The notes under the pieces were generated by a model, which worked only from the letters and a program-made list of their open reading frames with translations, ran no database searches and had not been told where the DNA came from. Made by a program: the position numbers and the translations under genes. This document shows positions 1 to 8,691 of a DNA stretch of 64,000 nucleotides, piece by piece. The DNA is from Parcubacteria group bacterium (lineage in GTDB: Bacteria > Patescibacteriota > Minisyncoccia > UBA6257 > JACRHW01): NCBI GenBank assembly GCA_016217555.1, contig JACRHW010000023.1:64466-128465 (forward strand), in the 5' to 3' direction. Position 1 is the first letter of the stretch. Each line of letters starts with the position of its first letter.

Positions 1-2169
1 ATCTCCTATTCGACTATATAAAGAACCAAGAAGAAGATACGCATTAAACGACGTTGGGTTGATTGCAACTATTCGTTCTAAAACAATTCTCGCAGAATGA
101 AACAATTCCGGATCATTGCCGTGATAAATACCAGCATCATAATATATGTTTGCAAGATGAATCATTGCCTCTTCATTATAAGAAGAAAGTGCAAATGCTT
201 GTTCCCCATACCGTATCGCCTCACTCCAAGCCCTTTCATCCTGCTTAACAAGAGCAAGGCCAAGATATGCATCGGCATAATCCGACTTCAAAGACAAAGC
301 CTTCTTATAAGATTCCTCTGCAGTATCAAAAATTTTTTTCCTTGCAGTTTCATCGGTCGCTGTTTCAGCCTCAAGTCGATTTACATTTGCAATAAGAAGA
401 AAAAACTTTGGATTGCCTGGTTCGAGAGCAGATGCTTTTTCATAACTTAGTGCCGCAAGCTGATAGGGGCCCTGAACAAAGCGCCCTAGTCGTTCATACA
501 CCGTTCCTAACCACACCCACGCAGACACATTTCCTGGCGTCATTGCTGTAACACGCCCGGCGGACTCAATAGCAAGTGAAGCAAGTTGCTGAAAACGTAT
601 GGAATCTGATTTCTCTTTTTGAGCCTCCTGAAATGCGAAATTTAAGTAAAGCTGTGATGCACCAGTAACGTAGGTACTTTGCCATGGTGCCAAAATAATC
701 GCACGATTAAGCTTTGTAATCCCTGCCTCATAAGAAGTAGCAGCGAGAGCGCGCCCAGCATATATATCCGCAAGAGTCATTCTTGCCCAAAACACGAGAA
801 GGAACACAACCATTGCGGCACCTCCTACTACAAAAAAAGACAAAGAAAGTGAGTGTTGTGGAGCAAAACGAAATGAAACCTGCTTTTGATGAGAAAATGA
901 AGCGTGTTTAAGAAATAGGTACCCCGACCCTAGCAACACAAAAAGTGCAATCGCAAGAACAACTCCCCCATTCGCCACACTAAAGAAAGTATCGAGAATA
1001 AACATACTTAACGCCACAAAAATTCCCACACATACCCCTCCATGAAATTCCTCAGTACCATAAGATAAACCTCTCGTCAAAAAAAGAAAAAATAAAAGAA
1101 ATAAAATGGCAAAGGAAAGAAATCCCATAACTCCCGTAGAGCCCAGCACGTCAAGCCACAAATTAGATGCTTTATTAAACTGAAAATCAAATAACCCAGT
1201 ATTGTTTAAACCCGCTGGGCGGAAAGAGGTAAACGCATAAGAAAACATATCAGGACCGGTACCCAACCACAACCGTTCGTGAAATACGCTTTTCACTATT
1301 TCAAAAGAACTTGAATGGTTGAGACTTATGGTAGTAGGAAGTCCTCTATTGAGAGAGAGGCCGAGTCCTTGGGCTGTAAAAAAGAAAAGTGCAACGACAA
1401 AAGCACTAGAAACTATCCAAAATACTATCTTTCTATTTTCCGGCACCACCCGTCGTGACAATAACAGCACCAACAGTAGGGCGAGCCCAACAACCAAGCT
1501 TCCCCATACAAAGCGAGCATCTATGACAATGAGAATTAACAACGCACATACCGAAAAAAGAACTGCGCAAAAAGAAAAAATGCTATTCTTCCTAGACCCA
1601 CCCACCATTGCAAAAAAAGGGATCATAAGAGAAACAAAAACCCCTAAATCAAGCCCGCCTCCTATTGGATTAAAACCAATACTCCTTGTAAGTTGCCACG
1701 GCAAAAGGAATACACCAAATATCTGAAAAAGACTATATACGGTTACTAAGCCAGCAGAAAAAAAGAAACTCAGCGTATACCATTCTAATTCCTTAAAACT
1801 TTGCACTGAAGCAGTAAAAACAAAATAAAAGATGGCGAGTGCAACAAAACTTAGAAGACCTCCCGACGGATCCCCTGGATACCCCAATACACTTGTCCAT
1901 ACGTCAACGCTCTTATATGTAGAGAAGATAGTAGTAACCAAAAGCACAACAATAAAGAAATCTGTTGTACTGCGTCGAATCGATAAAAATCCCACCATCG
2001 CACCACGCCAAAGCCACACACCGAGACAAGCAATGGTAAGAACATAAAAAAGCATCCACTTATCAAAAAGAAAACCAGAAAAAGTCCAGGGAGTAAAAAA
2101 GATAGGAACTAAAAAAAACGTAAGGGTAAACATCTTACGCAATACCCGATCAAAAAAATGATCTTCCAT
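1..2169 (-). CDS. O-antigen ligase (Wzy_C-like) polytopic membrane protein with C-terminal TPR repeats. Partial: the 3' end runs off the window edge.
   Basis: Minus-strand ORF begins at ATG 2169..2167 (MEDHFFDRVLRKMFTLTFFLVPIFF...) and stays open to position 1, so the ORF track does not list it. The N-terminal ~450 aa are multi-pass hydrophobic. The distal part translates to TPR-like repeats (…AEESYKKALSLKSDYADAYLGLALVKQDERAWSEAIRYGEQAFAL…). Confidence 0.6.
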   Translation of the reverse strand, partial: MEDHFFDRVLRKMFTLTFFLVPIFFTPWTFSGFLFDKWMLFYVLTIACLGVWLWRGAMVGFLSIRRSTTDFFIVVLLVTTIFSTYKSVDVWTSVLGYPGDPSGGLLSFVALAIFYFVFTASVQSFKELEWYTLSFFFSAGLVTVYSLFQIFGVFLLPWQLTRSIGFNPIGGGLDLGVFVSLMIPFFAMVGGSRKNSIFSFCAVLFSVCALLILIVIDARFVWGSLVVGLALLLVLLLSRRVVPENRKIVFWIVSSAFVVALFFFTAQGLGLSLNRGLPTTISLNHSSSFEIVKSVFHERLWLGTGPDMFSYAFTSFRPAGLNNTGLFDFQFNKASNLWLDVLGSTGVMGFLSFAILFLLFFLFLTRGLSYGTEEFHGGVCVGIFVALSMFILDTFFSVANGGVVLAIALFVLLGSGYLFLKHASFSHQKQVSFRFAPQHSLSLSFFVVGGAAMVVFLLVFWARMTLADIYAGRALAATSYEAGITKLNRAIILAPWQSTYVTGASQLYLNFAFQEAQKEKSDSIRFQQLASLAIESAGRVTAMTPGNVSAWVWLGTVYERLGRFVQGPYQLAALSYEKASALEPGNPKFFLLIANVNRLEAETATDETARKKIFDTAEESYKKALSLKSDYADAYLGLALVKQDERAWSEAIRYGEQAFALSSYNEEAMIHLANIYYDAGIYHGNDPELFHSARIVLERIVAINPTSFNAYLLLGSLYSRIGD

Positions 2170-2249
2170 AACTGCTACGCGTGGTGTGTTACTATTGCAC
2201 CACTACCTCCATTCTAAATATGAAAACCAGTATGGTCAATTAAATTACG

Positions 2250-2866
2250 CTATCTCAGCAAACGATCGAGAAGTATCGGCCACGATTTCACATGCACATA
2301 CGTCTCGTCCTCTTTTAAAACACCGAGATGATCGAAAAGGAAAGAATGCGGAACTTCAACGGCACGCAATACATCTACCTCATCATCAGTATAGTGAGTT
2401 ACTCCCAAGTGATGTGCGCGTTCATTTTTCTCTATAGGATCATTTACAAAATAAGCATTATCTTTATTAAAAAACATGGGCCACAAACCATGTACTTTTA
2501 AAAGTTTAATCGCCATCTCTGGATTTTTTCTTCGTGAAATCAAAAAAAAAGGCGTACCAGAACTATTTATCTCGTGAAGCGCATCAACCACTCCCGGCAT
2601 AAGGGAAGAAAGCAACCCCGTCACAGGATCGTCATACAGTTTTTTTTAAGAACATCGAGCTGCTCGCGAGGCATAATAGTCCTTAATACATCTGCTGGGG
2701 TTTCTTCTGGTTTCAAATCAAAACCAAAATCCTTTGCAAGACGCATCTTCATCTCGGTATGATCAATAATCACCCCGTCCATATCAAACCCAAATTGTTT
2801 CATTAAAATGTTATCTGCCATATATAAAAGAATACCAAAGAAACAAAAAACAACAACCCCGTCCAT
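2250..2866 (-). pseudogene. HAD-superfamily hydrolase (DxDG motif) split into two ORFs by a frameshift at an A8/T8 homopolymer (2640..2647).
   Basis: Upstream ORF 2621..2866 contains MKQFGFDMDGVIIDHTEMK (HAD motif I). Downstream ORF 2250..2624 continues in another frame (…FFLISRRKNPEMAIKLLK…HYTDDEVDVL…). Adding one A to the A8 run gives …DVLKKKLYDDPVTGLLSSLMPGVVDAL… and fuses the two into one ~205-aa HAD protein. Confidence 0.6.
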
Positions 2867-3001
2867 TATATCAGGAAATTTGTAGTAGAAATGACACTCA
2901 AGGAACTCCTCAAAAAAACAATATAAAACCCCACAAAGATGTGTGGTGATTTTTTATTTTTCACACCACTTATAGGACACGCAGTCAATACTTTTTAAAT
3001 T

Positions 3002-4435
3002 ATGCAAAAACCTTTACACTCTGCAGTACCTATGACAACACGAACTCGAGCAACTATCTTCTGGCTTTTTGCATTTTTATTTGTAGTCGGTGGCTCCGGC
3101 CTCATTTTTTATGTAAGCGGGTATCGCCTGAATCTTGAAACGGGTAAGGTAGAAAAGGTAGGGGGTGCATTTATCAAAACCAATCTTTCAAGCTACACAG
3201 TAACCCTCGAAGGAAAACATTTTAAAGAAATGTACCCTGTAACAAATCAGCTCTTCATCCCAAGCCTCACGCCAGGAAATTATACATTTTCCATCGATAA
3301 AAGTGGTTATCGTTCTTGGAAAAAGCAATTTACCGTCTTTCCTCGCCTTGTTACCTCCTTTAAATCTACACTTCTTATTCCCAATCCCCTTGCCCCAGAA
3401 CTACTGCTTCAAGCGTCTTCGACGGAAACATTTTCTGCTTCAAAAAACGCCTCTCTCCTTCTCACCCCTAACACACACTTAGGTACGCTCACCCTTTACA
3501 ATCTCAGTACTGGCGACATCGTAAAAACAATAAAAGAAAAGAGTGCAGAAGACATCACATGGCTTTCCGACAACACATCGTTTTTTTATAAAAATTCTAC
3601 CACGGGAAAAATAGTCTTCGTATCTGGGGAGAAAACAATAAACGTAACAACAACTTTTGCTCGCTCTCTCCCTCACACCATTCCAGCATCGAAATCAATT
3701 ATTACTCATCTCTATCCCCACCCCTTTGAAAAGAAATTGATTGTTCAAACAAATAAAAGTGGTGTGTTCATCTTTGACCCCCTCTCCTCAGAGTCACTTC
3801 TCCTTACTGACACCAATCCTGTTGCGGTAGCTCTTGATGGATCAAACCTCTTTTTTCTCGATACCACAGGCCAACTCTTTTCAGAAAATCTCATTACAAA
3901 AAACGTAAATACACTTGTCTTTAAACCACTTCCCCTCATCGCCTCTTCATCACAAGATCGCTGGAATATCCTCATGAGTCCAGACGAGAAAACATTTGCC
4001 CTCTTTAATGAAACCTCTGGTGATCTTTTTGTAGGAAGTAAGGAGTCGGGTCAATTCTCCCTTATCGATACACACGCCTCCTCTCCTCTTTTTGCCTATG
4101 ATTCTCGTAAGCTCACCTACGTAAAAGAAAAAGCGCCAGTGATATATTGGCTTCTTAAAGACGAAGAGCTACGTAAAAAAGAGGGGCAAAAAGACACCCT
4201 TTCTATAGAGCTCCCTATTACAAAACTCGTATGGTATGAAGACAATGCTCACCTCTTTGGATATACCGATAAAAAAGACCTTTACTTCTTTGAAACCGAT
4301 AATCGATCTCCGCTTGAAACCCTCCTTGTAAAGAACAATGTTGCCGATTATTTTTATCATCAAGGTAGCAACTCGCTTTTCTACCTTAATGACGCAAGTC
4401 TTCTCAAACTCGATTTTAACTTTCCAATAAAATAA
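3002..4435 (+). CDS. Membrane-anchored PEGA-domain-like protein with an N-terminal TM helix.
   Basis: 477-aa ORF. N-terminal hydrophobic segment ATIFWLFAFLFVVGGSGLIFYV. Motif LTPGNYTFSIDKSGYRSWKKQFTV resembles the PEGA signature. Confidence 0.45.
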   Translation: MQKPLHSAVPMTTRTRATIFWLFAFLFVVGGSGLIFYVSGYRLNLETGKVEKVGGAFIKTNLSSYTVTLEGKHFKEMYPVTNQLFIPSLTPGNYTFSIDKSGYRSWKKQFTVFPRLVTSFKSTLLIPNPLAPELLLQASSTETFSASKNASLLLTPNTHLGTLTLYNLSTGDIVKTIKEKSAEDITWLSDNTSFFYKNSTTGKIVFVSGEKTINVTTTFARSLPHTIPASKSIITHLYPHPFEKKLIVQTNKSGVFIFDPLSSESLLLTDTNPVAVALDGSNLFFLDTTGQLFSENLITKNVNTLVFKPLPLIASSSQDRWNILMSPDEKTFALFNETSGDLFVGSKESGQFSLIDTHASSPLFAYDSRKLTYVKEKAPVIYWLLKDEELRKKEGQKDTLSIELPITKLVWYEDNAHLFGYTDKKDLYFFETDNRSPLETLLVKNNVADYFYHQGSNSLFYLNDASLLKLDFNFPIK

Positions 4436-4438
4436 AAA

Positions 4439-4458
4439 GCCCAGCATCCTTGCTGGGC
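4439..4458 (-). terminator. Intrinsic terminator hairpin GCCCAGCA-tcct-TGCTGGGC between convergent genes.
   Basis: 8-bp perfect stem with a 4-nt loop. On the minus strand it is followed by a T-rich tract (TTTTTATTTTATT). It lies just downstream of the minus-strand ORF 4478..4744. Confidence 0.6.
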
Positions 4459-4477
4459 CGAGAAGGCGATGCCTTCT

Positions 4478-4744
4478 CTACTCGCTGGCGTACTTCTCCT
4501 GAACGCGTGCAAACGCGTCACGCCAAGACTGCTCCACCTCCTCCTTGTACGGAAACCTAGTGTCCCGAGGCTGCCCCTCGAGATACTGGGCACGCGACGG
4601 AGATCCCGGGCAGTTCCTGGTCGGCAGGAGGTGGCGAGAACCGAAGAACAAAAGACCCATCGGATCCATCTCTCCCGCCTCCACACTCACGATCGTCGCG
4701 TCGTTGGAGGGGTGAACCTCCTCCTTGCACTTATCACACTTCAT
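4478..4744 (-). CDS. Small hypothetical protein (88 aa) in a GC-rich island.
   Basis: Clean ORF MKCDKCKEEVHPSNDATIV… with SD AAGGAAAAACAA-ATG and the intrinsic terminator above immediately downstream. Local GC is ~60% against ~38% in flanking DNA. An overlapping plus-strand ORF (4469..4786) also exists, so the strand call is tentative. Confidence 0.4.
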   Translation of the reverse strand: MKCDKCKEEVHPSNDATIVSVEAGEMDPMGLLFFGSRHLLPTRNCPGSPSRAQYLEGQPRDTRFPYKEEVEQSWRDAFARVQEKYASE

Positions 4745-4839
4745 TTGTTTTTCCTTCTTTCGAAAATTCCTGGACTTTCATCCTAGGTACTGAATACAGT
4801 ATAGCATAATAATAATAATGCTTTGTCAATATCAAAATT

Positions 4840-5526
4840 CTAAGGCATTTTCTCGGCCAAAAGTCGCTCAGCTGACTCTACGTCTTCAGGGTATCCGATA
4901 GGATGCCAAAAATGAGCACGAATTACCTGAATGTGACGTTGCTCCGCCCACACTCCAATCTGCTTAGTAAGATTGATTTCCCCGTTTGGCATTGGCAACG
5001 ACTGAACATTAAAAATAGATTTATCTAAAAGGTGTGCACCTATAAACGCAAGGTTGCTTGGCGGATTTTCGTGTTTTTCAAAAATAGAAATCAATCTCCC
5101 CTTTTCCCCAACAAGGCACACTCCAAATCGTTCAGGGTGAACCGTCTCCTTAACAAGTATGACCGGCACTGTCTGCATACAATTTGCAATATCAATTGGA
5201 TCGTATAAATCATCTGCGTACAGGGCAAGGAATAAATCATCCTTGAGAATATCTTTCGCGAGGGCTAGCGCGTGCATGGTACCCTTCGGGGCCTCTTGCC
5301 ACACATACGTTATAGTACGCCCCTCAAATGAATCACCAAAATATGACTGCACCACCTCGCCCTTGTATCCAATAACTAAAATAACCTCATCGATTTCTTT
5401 GGGAAGAGCTCGTATCGTGTGTTCGAGGATTGGCTTCCCCGCAATACGCACCATTGGTTTTGGAACATGGTCGGTAAGAGGTCTTAAGCGCTTTCCCTCT
5501 CCCGCCGCAAGTATAACCGCCTGCAT
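4840..5526 (-). CDS. Sugar-phosphate nucleotidyltransferase (NTP_transferase family, RmlA/GlmU-N-like).
   Basis: N-terminal MQAVILAAGEGKRLRPLTDHVPKPMVRIAGKPILEH matches the G-x-G-x-R-L nucleotidyltransferase signature. Confidence 0.75.
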   Translation of the reverse strand: MQAVILAAGEGKRLRPLTDHVPKPMVRIAGKPILEHTIRALPKEIDEVILVIGYKGEVVQSYFGDSFEGRTITYVWQEAPKGTMHALALAKDILKDDLFLALYADDLYDPIDIANCMQTVPVILVKETVHPERFGVCLVGEKGRLISIFEKHENPPSNLAFIGAHLLDKSIFNVQSLPMPNGEINLTKQIGVWAEQRHIQVIRAHFWHPIGYPEDVESAERLLAEKMP

Positions 5527-5531
5527 ATATA

Positions 5532-6107
5532 TTATTTTGCTTCACCCTCGACTGTTGAAAATACTATTTTTCCCCCTTCAAACATATGCACATCACCCGT
5601 CTCTTCAGACACCGTATAAACTGTAGTACCCTCTAATTCGTAAGAGCTTGTAATAGCCGCCATGTGGCGCGCGTGAACCTTTTTCTTAAATCCAAGACGT
5701 GCTGAAAAATCCAATTTTGTATGCGTAGGCGCCACGACAAGGGCAAGCCGACTCGGACGAAGACCTTCAAGAATAACACCAGAGTGGAGGATCGTCCCTT
5801 TATGGTCTACCAGAATAGCACCGTCAAAATCAACAGTGACCGCAATTTTTTTTAAACTCTTTTCATCAAAAATACTTTGTTCTGTGGTTGAAAAAAGATC
5901 TTGAGACGAATCCGGAAATACTGCGTACACATCATTCCATTTTTGTTCCCATCCAAAAATTACCAAAAGACCAAACATTTTTTTTCGTCTGCTGGCGAGT
6001 TTCAAGATAAGTTCCAAAAGCCGCATTTTGTCATCATGAGACTTTTTAACAGATTCTTGTTTCAATACACTTTTAATTTTTTTAAGCACTGAAAGTAGTC
6101 TTTTCAT
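5532..6107 (-). CDS. Diadenylate cyclase (DAC/DisA_N) domain protein, a putative c-di-AMP synthase.
   Basis: Motifs appear in the canonical order: DFDGAILVD (DGA), HARHMAA (compare GTRHRAA) and VSEETGDVHMFEGGKI. No TM segments. 6 nt downstream of the nucleotidyltransferase gene. Confidence 0.6.
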   Translation of the reverse strand: MKRLLSVLKKIKSVLKQESVKKSHDDKMRLLELILKLASRRKKMFGLLVIFGWEQKWNDVYAVFPDSSQDLFSTTEQSIFDEKSLKKIAVTVDFDGAILVDHKGTILHSGVILEGLRPSRLALVVAPTHTKLDFSARLGFKKKVHARHMAAITSSYELEGTTVYTVSEETGDVHMFEGGKIVFSTVEGEAK

Positions 6108-6150
6108 AATATGAGATATCTAGTTATACACTCGAAAATGATGTTTTGTT

Positions 6151-7293
6151 TCATAATACACCTTTTTTGATTTTTTCACGTATACCTTCCACAAACGTAT
6201 TATAGTAAAAAAGATTATGTGTAGTAAGAAGGCGCATGGCCGTAATTTCTTTTGCTTTAAAAAGATGAGTGATATAACTTCTCGTATAGGATCCACATAC
6301 TTCACATTTGCAAGTTCTGTCGAGAGGCTTCTTATCACTCAAAAATACTGTCTTCGACATATTAAGTTTTCCTGTATCAGTAAAGGCAATGCCACGTCGT
6401 GCATAATGCGTGGGTACAATACAATCAAACAAATCTACTCCCGACTTGATTACCATCTCCATATCTTCAAGATATCCAATCCCCAAAAGATGGCGCGGTT
6501 TCTCCTCTGGCAAGTGCGGCATTGTCCAATCTAAAATATTCTTCATCGTCTTTTTTGACGATCCCAAATCCCCTCCTATCCCGAACCCATCAAAAGGAAG
6601 CCCACCAATATATGCTGCACTCTCCTCTCGTAAATCTCGAAACCGTGAACCCTGCACGATACCAAATAACGCCTGTTTACTCTTTTTTATTTTCAAACAC
6701 ATTTTTTCCCATTCATGCGTACGCTTCAACGACTCCTTAATATAATCGTAAGCAGCAAGCGGTGAAGTACACTCATCAAAAGTAAAAATAATATCCGCCC
6801 CCAGTGCTTCTTGTATTTTTATAGATTCCTTGGGACCAATAAATAATTCCTTTCCATCGATGGGTGAACGAAAGCGTACCCCATCAGGCAAAATCTTTAC
6901 CGTTTTGGGTTGGGCATTTTGATGAAGAACTTCCGTTTGTGCCCCCGGAAAAAACTTGAGCACCTTCCCAACCTGCGTATCCATACCAAATCCCAAACTA
7001 AACACCTGAAATCCCCCAGAGTCCGTCATCAGCGGTCTCTTCCATCGCATATACTCATGCAATCCTTTCATCTTTTTCACAATCGCCTCCCCTGGTTTTA
7101 GGTGAAGATGAAACGTATTTGCAATAAGAAGCTGACTCTTTGTTTTCTCCACCTCAGCGGAAGTAAGTGTCTTAACCGTCGCCTGTGTCGCCACAGGAAC
7201 AAAAGCAGGCGTCTCCACCTCTCCATGTGACGTCTTCAATACCCCCAACCGTGCTCTACTTTTATTCGACCATTTAATAACTTTGAACTCCAT
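6151..7293 (-). CDS. tgt: Queuine tRNA-ribosyltransferase.
   Basis: MEFKVIKW…GVLKTSHGEVETPAFVPV…LMTDSGGFQVFSL… plus the C-terminal zinc site CKCEVCGSYTRSYITHLF. The start is taken at the internal Met (7293), because the track start at 7320 would fall inside repeat R1. Confidence 0.9.
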   Translation of the reverse strand: MEFKVIKWSNKSRARLGVLKTSHGEVETPAFVPVATQATVKTLTSAEVEKTKSQLLIANTFHLHLKPGEAIVKKMKGLHEYMRWKRPLMTDSGGFQVFSLGFGMDTQVGKVLKFFPGAQTEVLHQNAQPKTVKILPDGVRFRSPIDGKELFIGPKESIKIQEALGADIIFTFDECTSPLAAYDYIKESLKRTHEWEKMCLKIKKSKQALFGIVQGSRFRDLREESAAYIGGLPFDGFGIGGDLGSSKKTMKNILDWTMPHLPEEKPRHLLGIGYLEDMEMVIKSGVDLFDCIVPTHYARRGIAFTDTGKLNMSKTVFLSDKKPLDRTCKCEVCGSYTRSYITHLFKAKEITAMRLLTTHNLFYYNTFVEGIREKIKKGVL

Positions 7294-7294
7294 A

Positions 7295-7403
7295 TATAAG
7301 ATACTAATATACGAATCCATACAAATGATACGAATGGTTACGAATACGTACGATATTCGTATTGATTTGTAGTATTAGTATCATTCGTATATTGGTATGT
7401 TAA
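7295..7403. repeat. R1 element copy 1: ~110-bp imperfect palindrome rich in ACGAAT/ATTCGT hexamers, immediately upstream of the tgt start codon.
   Basis: Near-identical copies at 48268..48380 and 50494..50600. Shared core: ATACTAATATACGAATCCATACAAATGATACGAATGGTTACGAATACGTACGATATTCGTATTGATTTGTAGTATTAGTATCATTCGTATATTGGTATG. Confidence 0.9.
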
Positions 7404-8414
7404 CTATCCGTGTCTTATTTCTACAACATCCCCATCTTGCATAACATATTCTTTTCCCTCTACACGTAACCATCCCCTTTGCTTCGCCTCACTCCATCCA
7501 CCCGCCTCGAGCAATTTATCCCAGGCAATGGTTTCTGCTCTAATAAACTTATGTTCGAAATCAGTATGAATAACTCCAGCCGCTTGTGGCGCCTTCATAC
7601 CTTGAGTGATAGTCCATGCCCGCGTCTCATCCCCACCTGTAGTAAGAAAACTAATAAGCCCCAACACCTCATATGCTTTTTTAATCAGCTCGTGGATATC
7701 ATCAGCAAGAGCCACATTCGCCACGAGATAACCAGCATTAATGCTCCGCACATATTCCTTAAGTTCGTCGGGTACGTCCTCCTCATCTCCATTAAAAAGA
7801 TAAATTTGTGGCTTTGAAGTAAGAAGACTAAGTTCTGTGATAATAGGTTCATCAATAACACCTCCTTCAATGTTTCGCGCAAGAATATTTCTTCGCAATC
7901 CATCTCGCACCAATGTTGCTGTTTCAAAATCCTTCGCCTTCTGCTTATCACCCGTGCGCGCCTCTCCCTCAAGCTTCTGCATTCTTTTTTCAACCGTCTC
8001 GAGGTCTTTTAGGATAAGCTCGGTATTAATAATTTCAATATCACGCAAGGGATCTACTCCTGTCTCCACGTGGATAATATCGTGATCCACAAAACAGCGT
8101 ACCACCTGTACTACCGCACGCACCTCACGAATGTGGGACAAAAATTGGTTTCCAAGCCCCTCGCCCTGGTTCGCCCCCTTCACAAGTCCAGCAATATCAT
8201 AAAACTCAACAACCGCCGGAATAATTTGTTTTGAATTACTAAGTACCGCGAGCTTGGTAAGTCGCTCGTCGGGAACAGGAACCACCCCAACATTGGGGTC
8301 GATCGTCGCAAAAGGATAATTTGCAATCACTACCGACTGCTTTGTAATAACTTTAAACAATGTCGACTTCCCCACGTTTGGTAACCCCACAATACCAATA
8401 GATAATTTACTCAT
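7404..8414 (-). CDS. ychF: Ribosome-binding ATPase YchF/Ola1.
   Basis: [20 protein letters not shown]…[13 protein letters not shown], plus the C-terminal TGS-like domain. Confidence 0.9.
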   Translation of the reverse strand: MSKLSIGIVGLPNVGKSTLFKVITKQSVVIANYPFATIDPNVGVVPVPDERLTKLAVLSNSKQIIPAVVEFYDIAGLVKGANQGEGLGNQFLSHIREVRAVVQVVRCFVDHDIIHVETGVDPLRDIEIINTELILKDLETVEKRMQKLEGEARTGDKQKAKDFETATLVRDGLRRNILARNIEGGVIDEPIITELSLLTSKPQIYLFNGDEEDVPDELKEYVRSINAGYLVANVALADDIHELIKKAYEVLGLISFLTTGGDETRAWTITQGMKAPQAAGVIHTDFEHKFIRAETIAWDKLLEAGGWSEAKQRGWLRVEGKEYVMQDGDVVEIRHG

Positions 8415-8456
8415 ATAGATGTTTCTCATTAAAGTAGTACTAGTCTACAAGAATCG

Positions 8457-8485
8457 TTGACATAAATCAATAAACATTCTATTAT
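8457..8485 (+). promoter_or_regulatory. Sigma70-like promoter (TTGACA, 17 nt, TATTAT).
   Basis: TTGACA at 8457..8462, a 17-nt spacer, and TATTAT at 8480..8485. It is followed by GGAGGT (8501..8506) and an ATG at 8515. Confidence 0.45.
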
Positions 8486-8514
8486 GTTATCATTCCAAGC
8501 GGAGGTCAATAGCT

Positions 8515-8658
8515 ATGATGCGAAGAGGACGAAAACATTGGCAGGGCATTTGGGGAGTCATCCATGGACTTGTTTCTCAGGTGAAACGGAAAAGAAAGCG
8601 TTGTCCTTGTACACACCACTCTGCCTCGAAGAGAAAAATTGGTAATAAAAAACAATAG
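8515..8658 (+). CDS. Small basic ORF (47 aa) not in the track: MMRRGRKHWQGIWGVIHGLVSQVKRKRKRCPCTHHSASKRKIGNKKQ.
   Basis: It is preceded by a consensus promoter and a strong SD. The short length gives it a high false-positive risk. Confidence 0.3.
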   Translation: MMRRGRKHWQGIWGVIHGLVSQVKRKRKRCPCTHHSASKRKIGNKKQ

Positions 8659-8691
8659 TACACGGGCTCTCATCGAGAGCTTTTTTCTTTT

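Noticed and set aside
4441-4760. RNase P RNA or tmRNA in the GC-rich islands (4441..4760, 41360..41560).
   Set aside because: No P4 consensus (AGGAAAGUCCGGGC) and no tRNA-like T-arm/acceptor (GGUUCGAnUCC…CCACCA) could be found on either strand. A clean ORF with SD and terminator exists at 4478..4744.
7320-7320. Track start codons at 7320 (tgt), 18113 (uvrB), 32866 (metK, GTG) and 53945 (dnaE, TTG).
   Set aside because: The extended N-termini run into intergenic repeat elements or leaders and lack homology. Internal ATG starts that match family N-termini were preferred.
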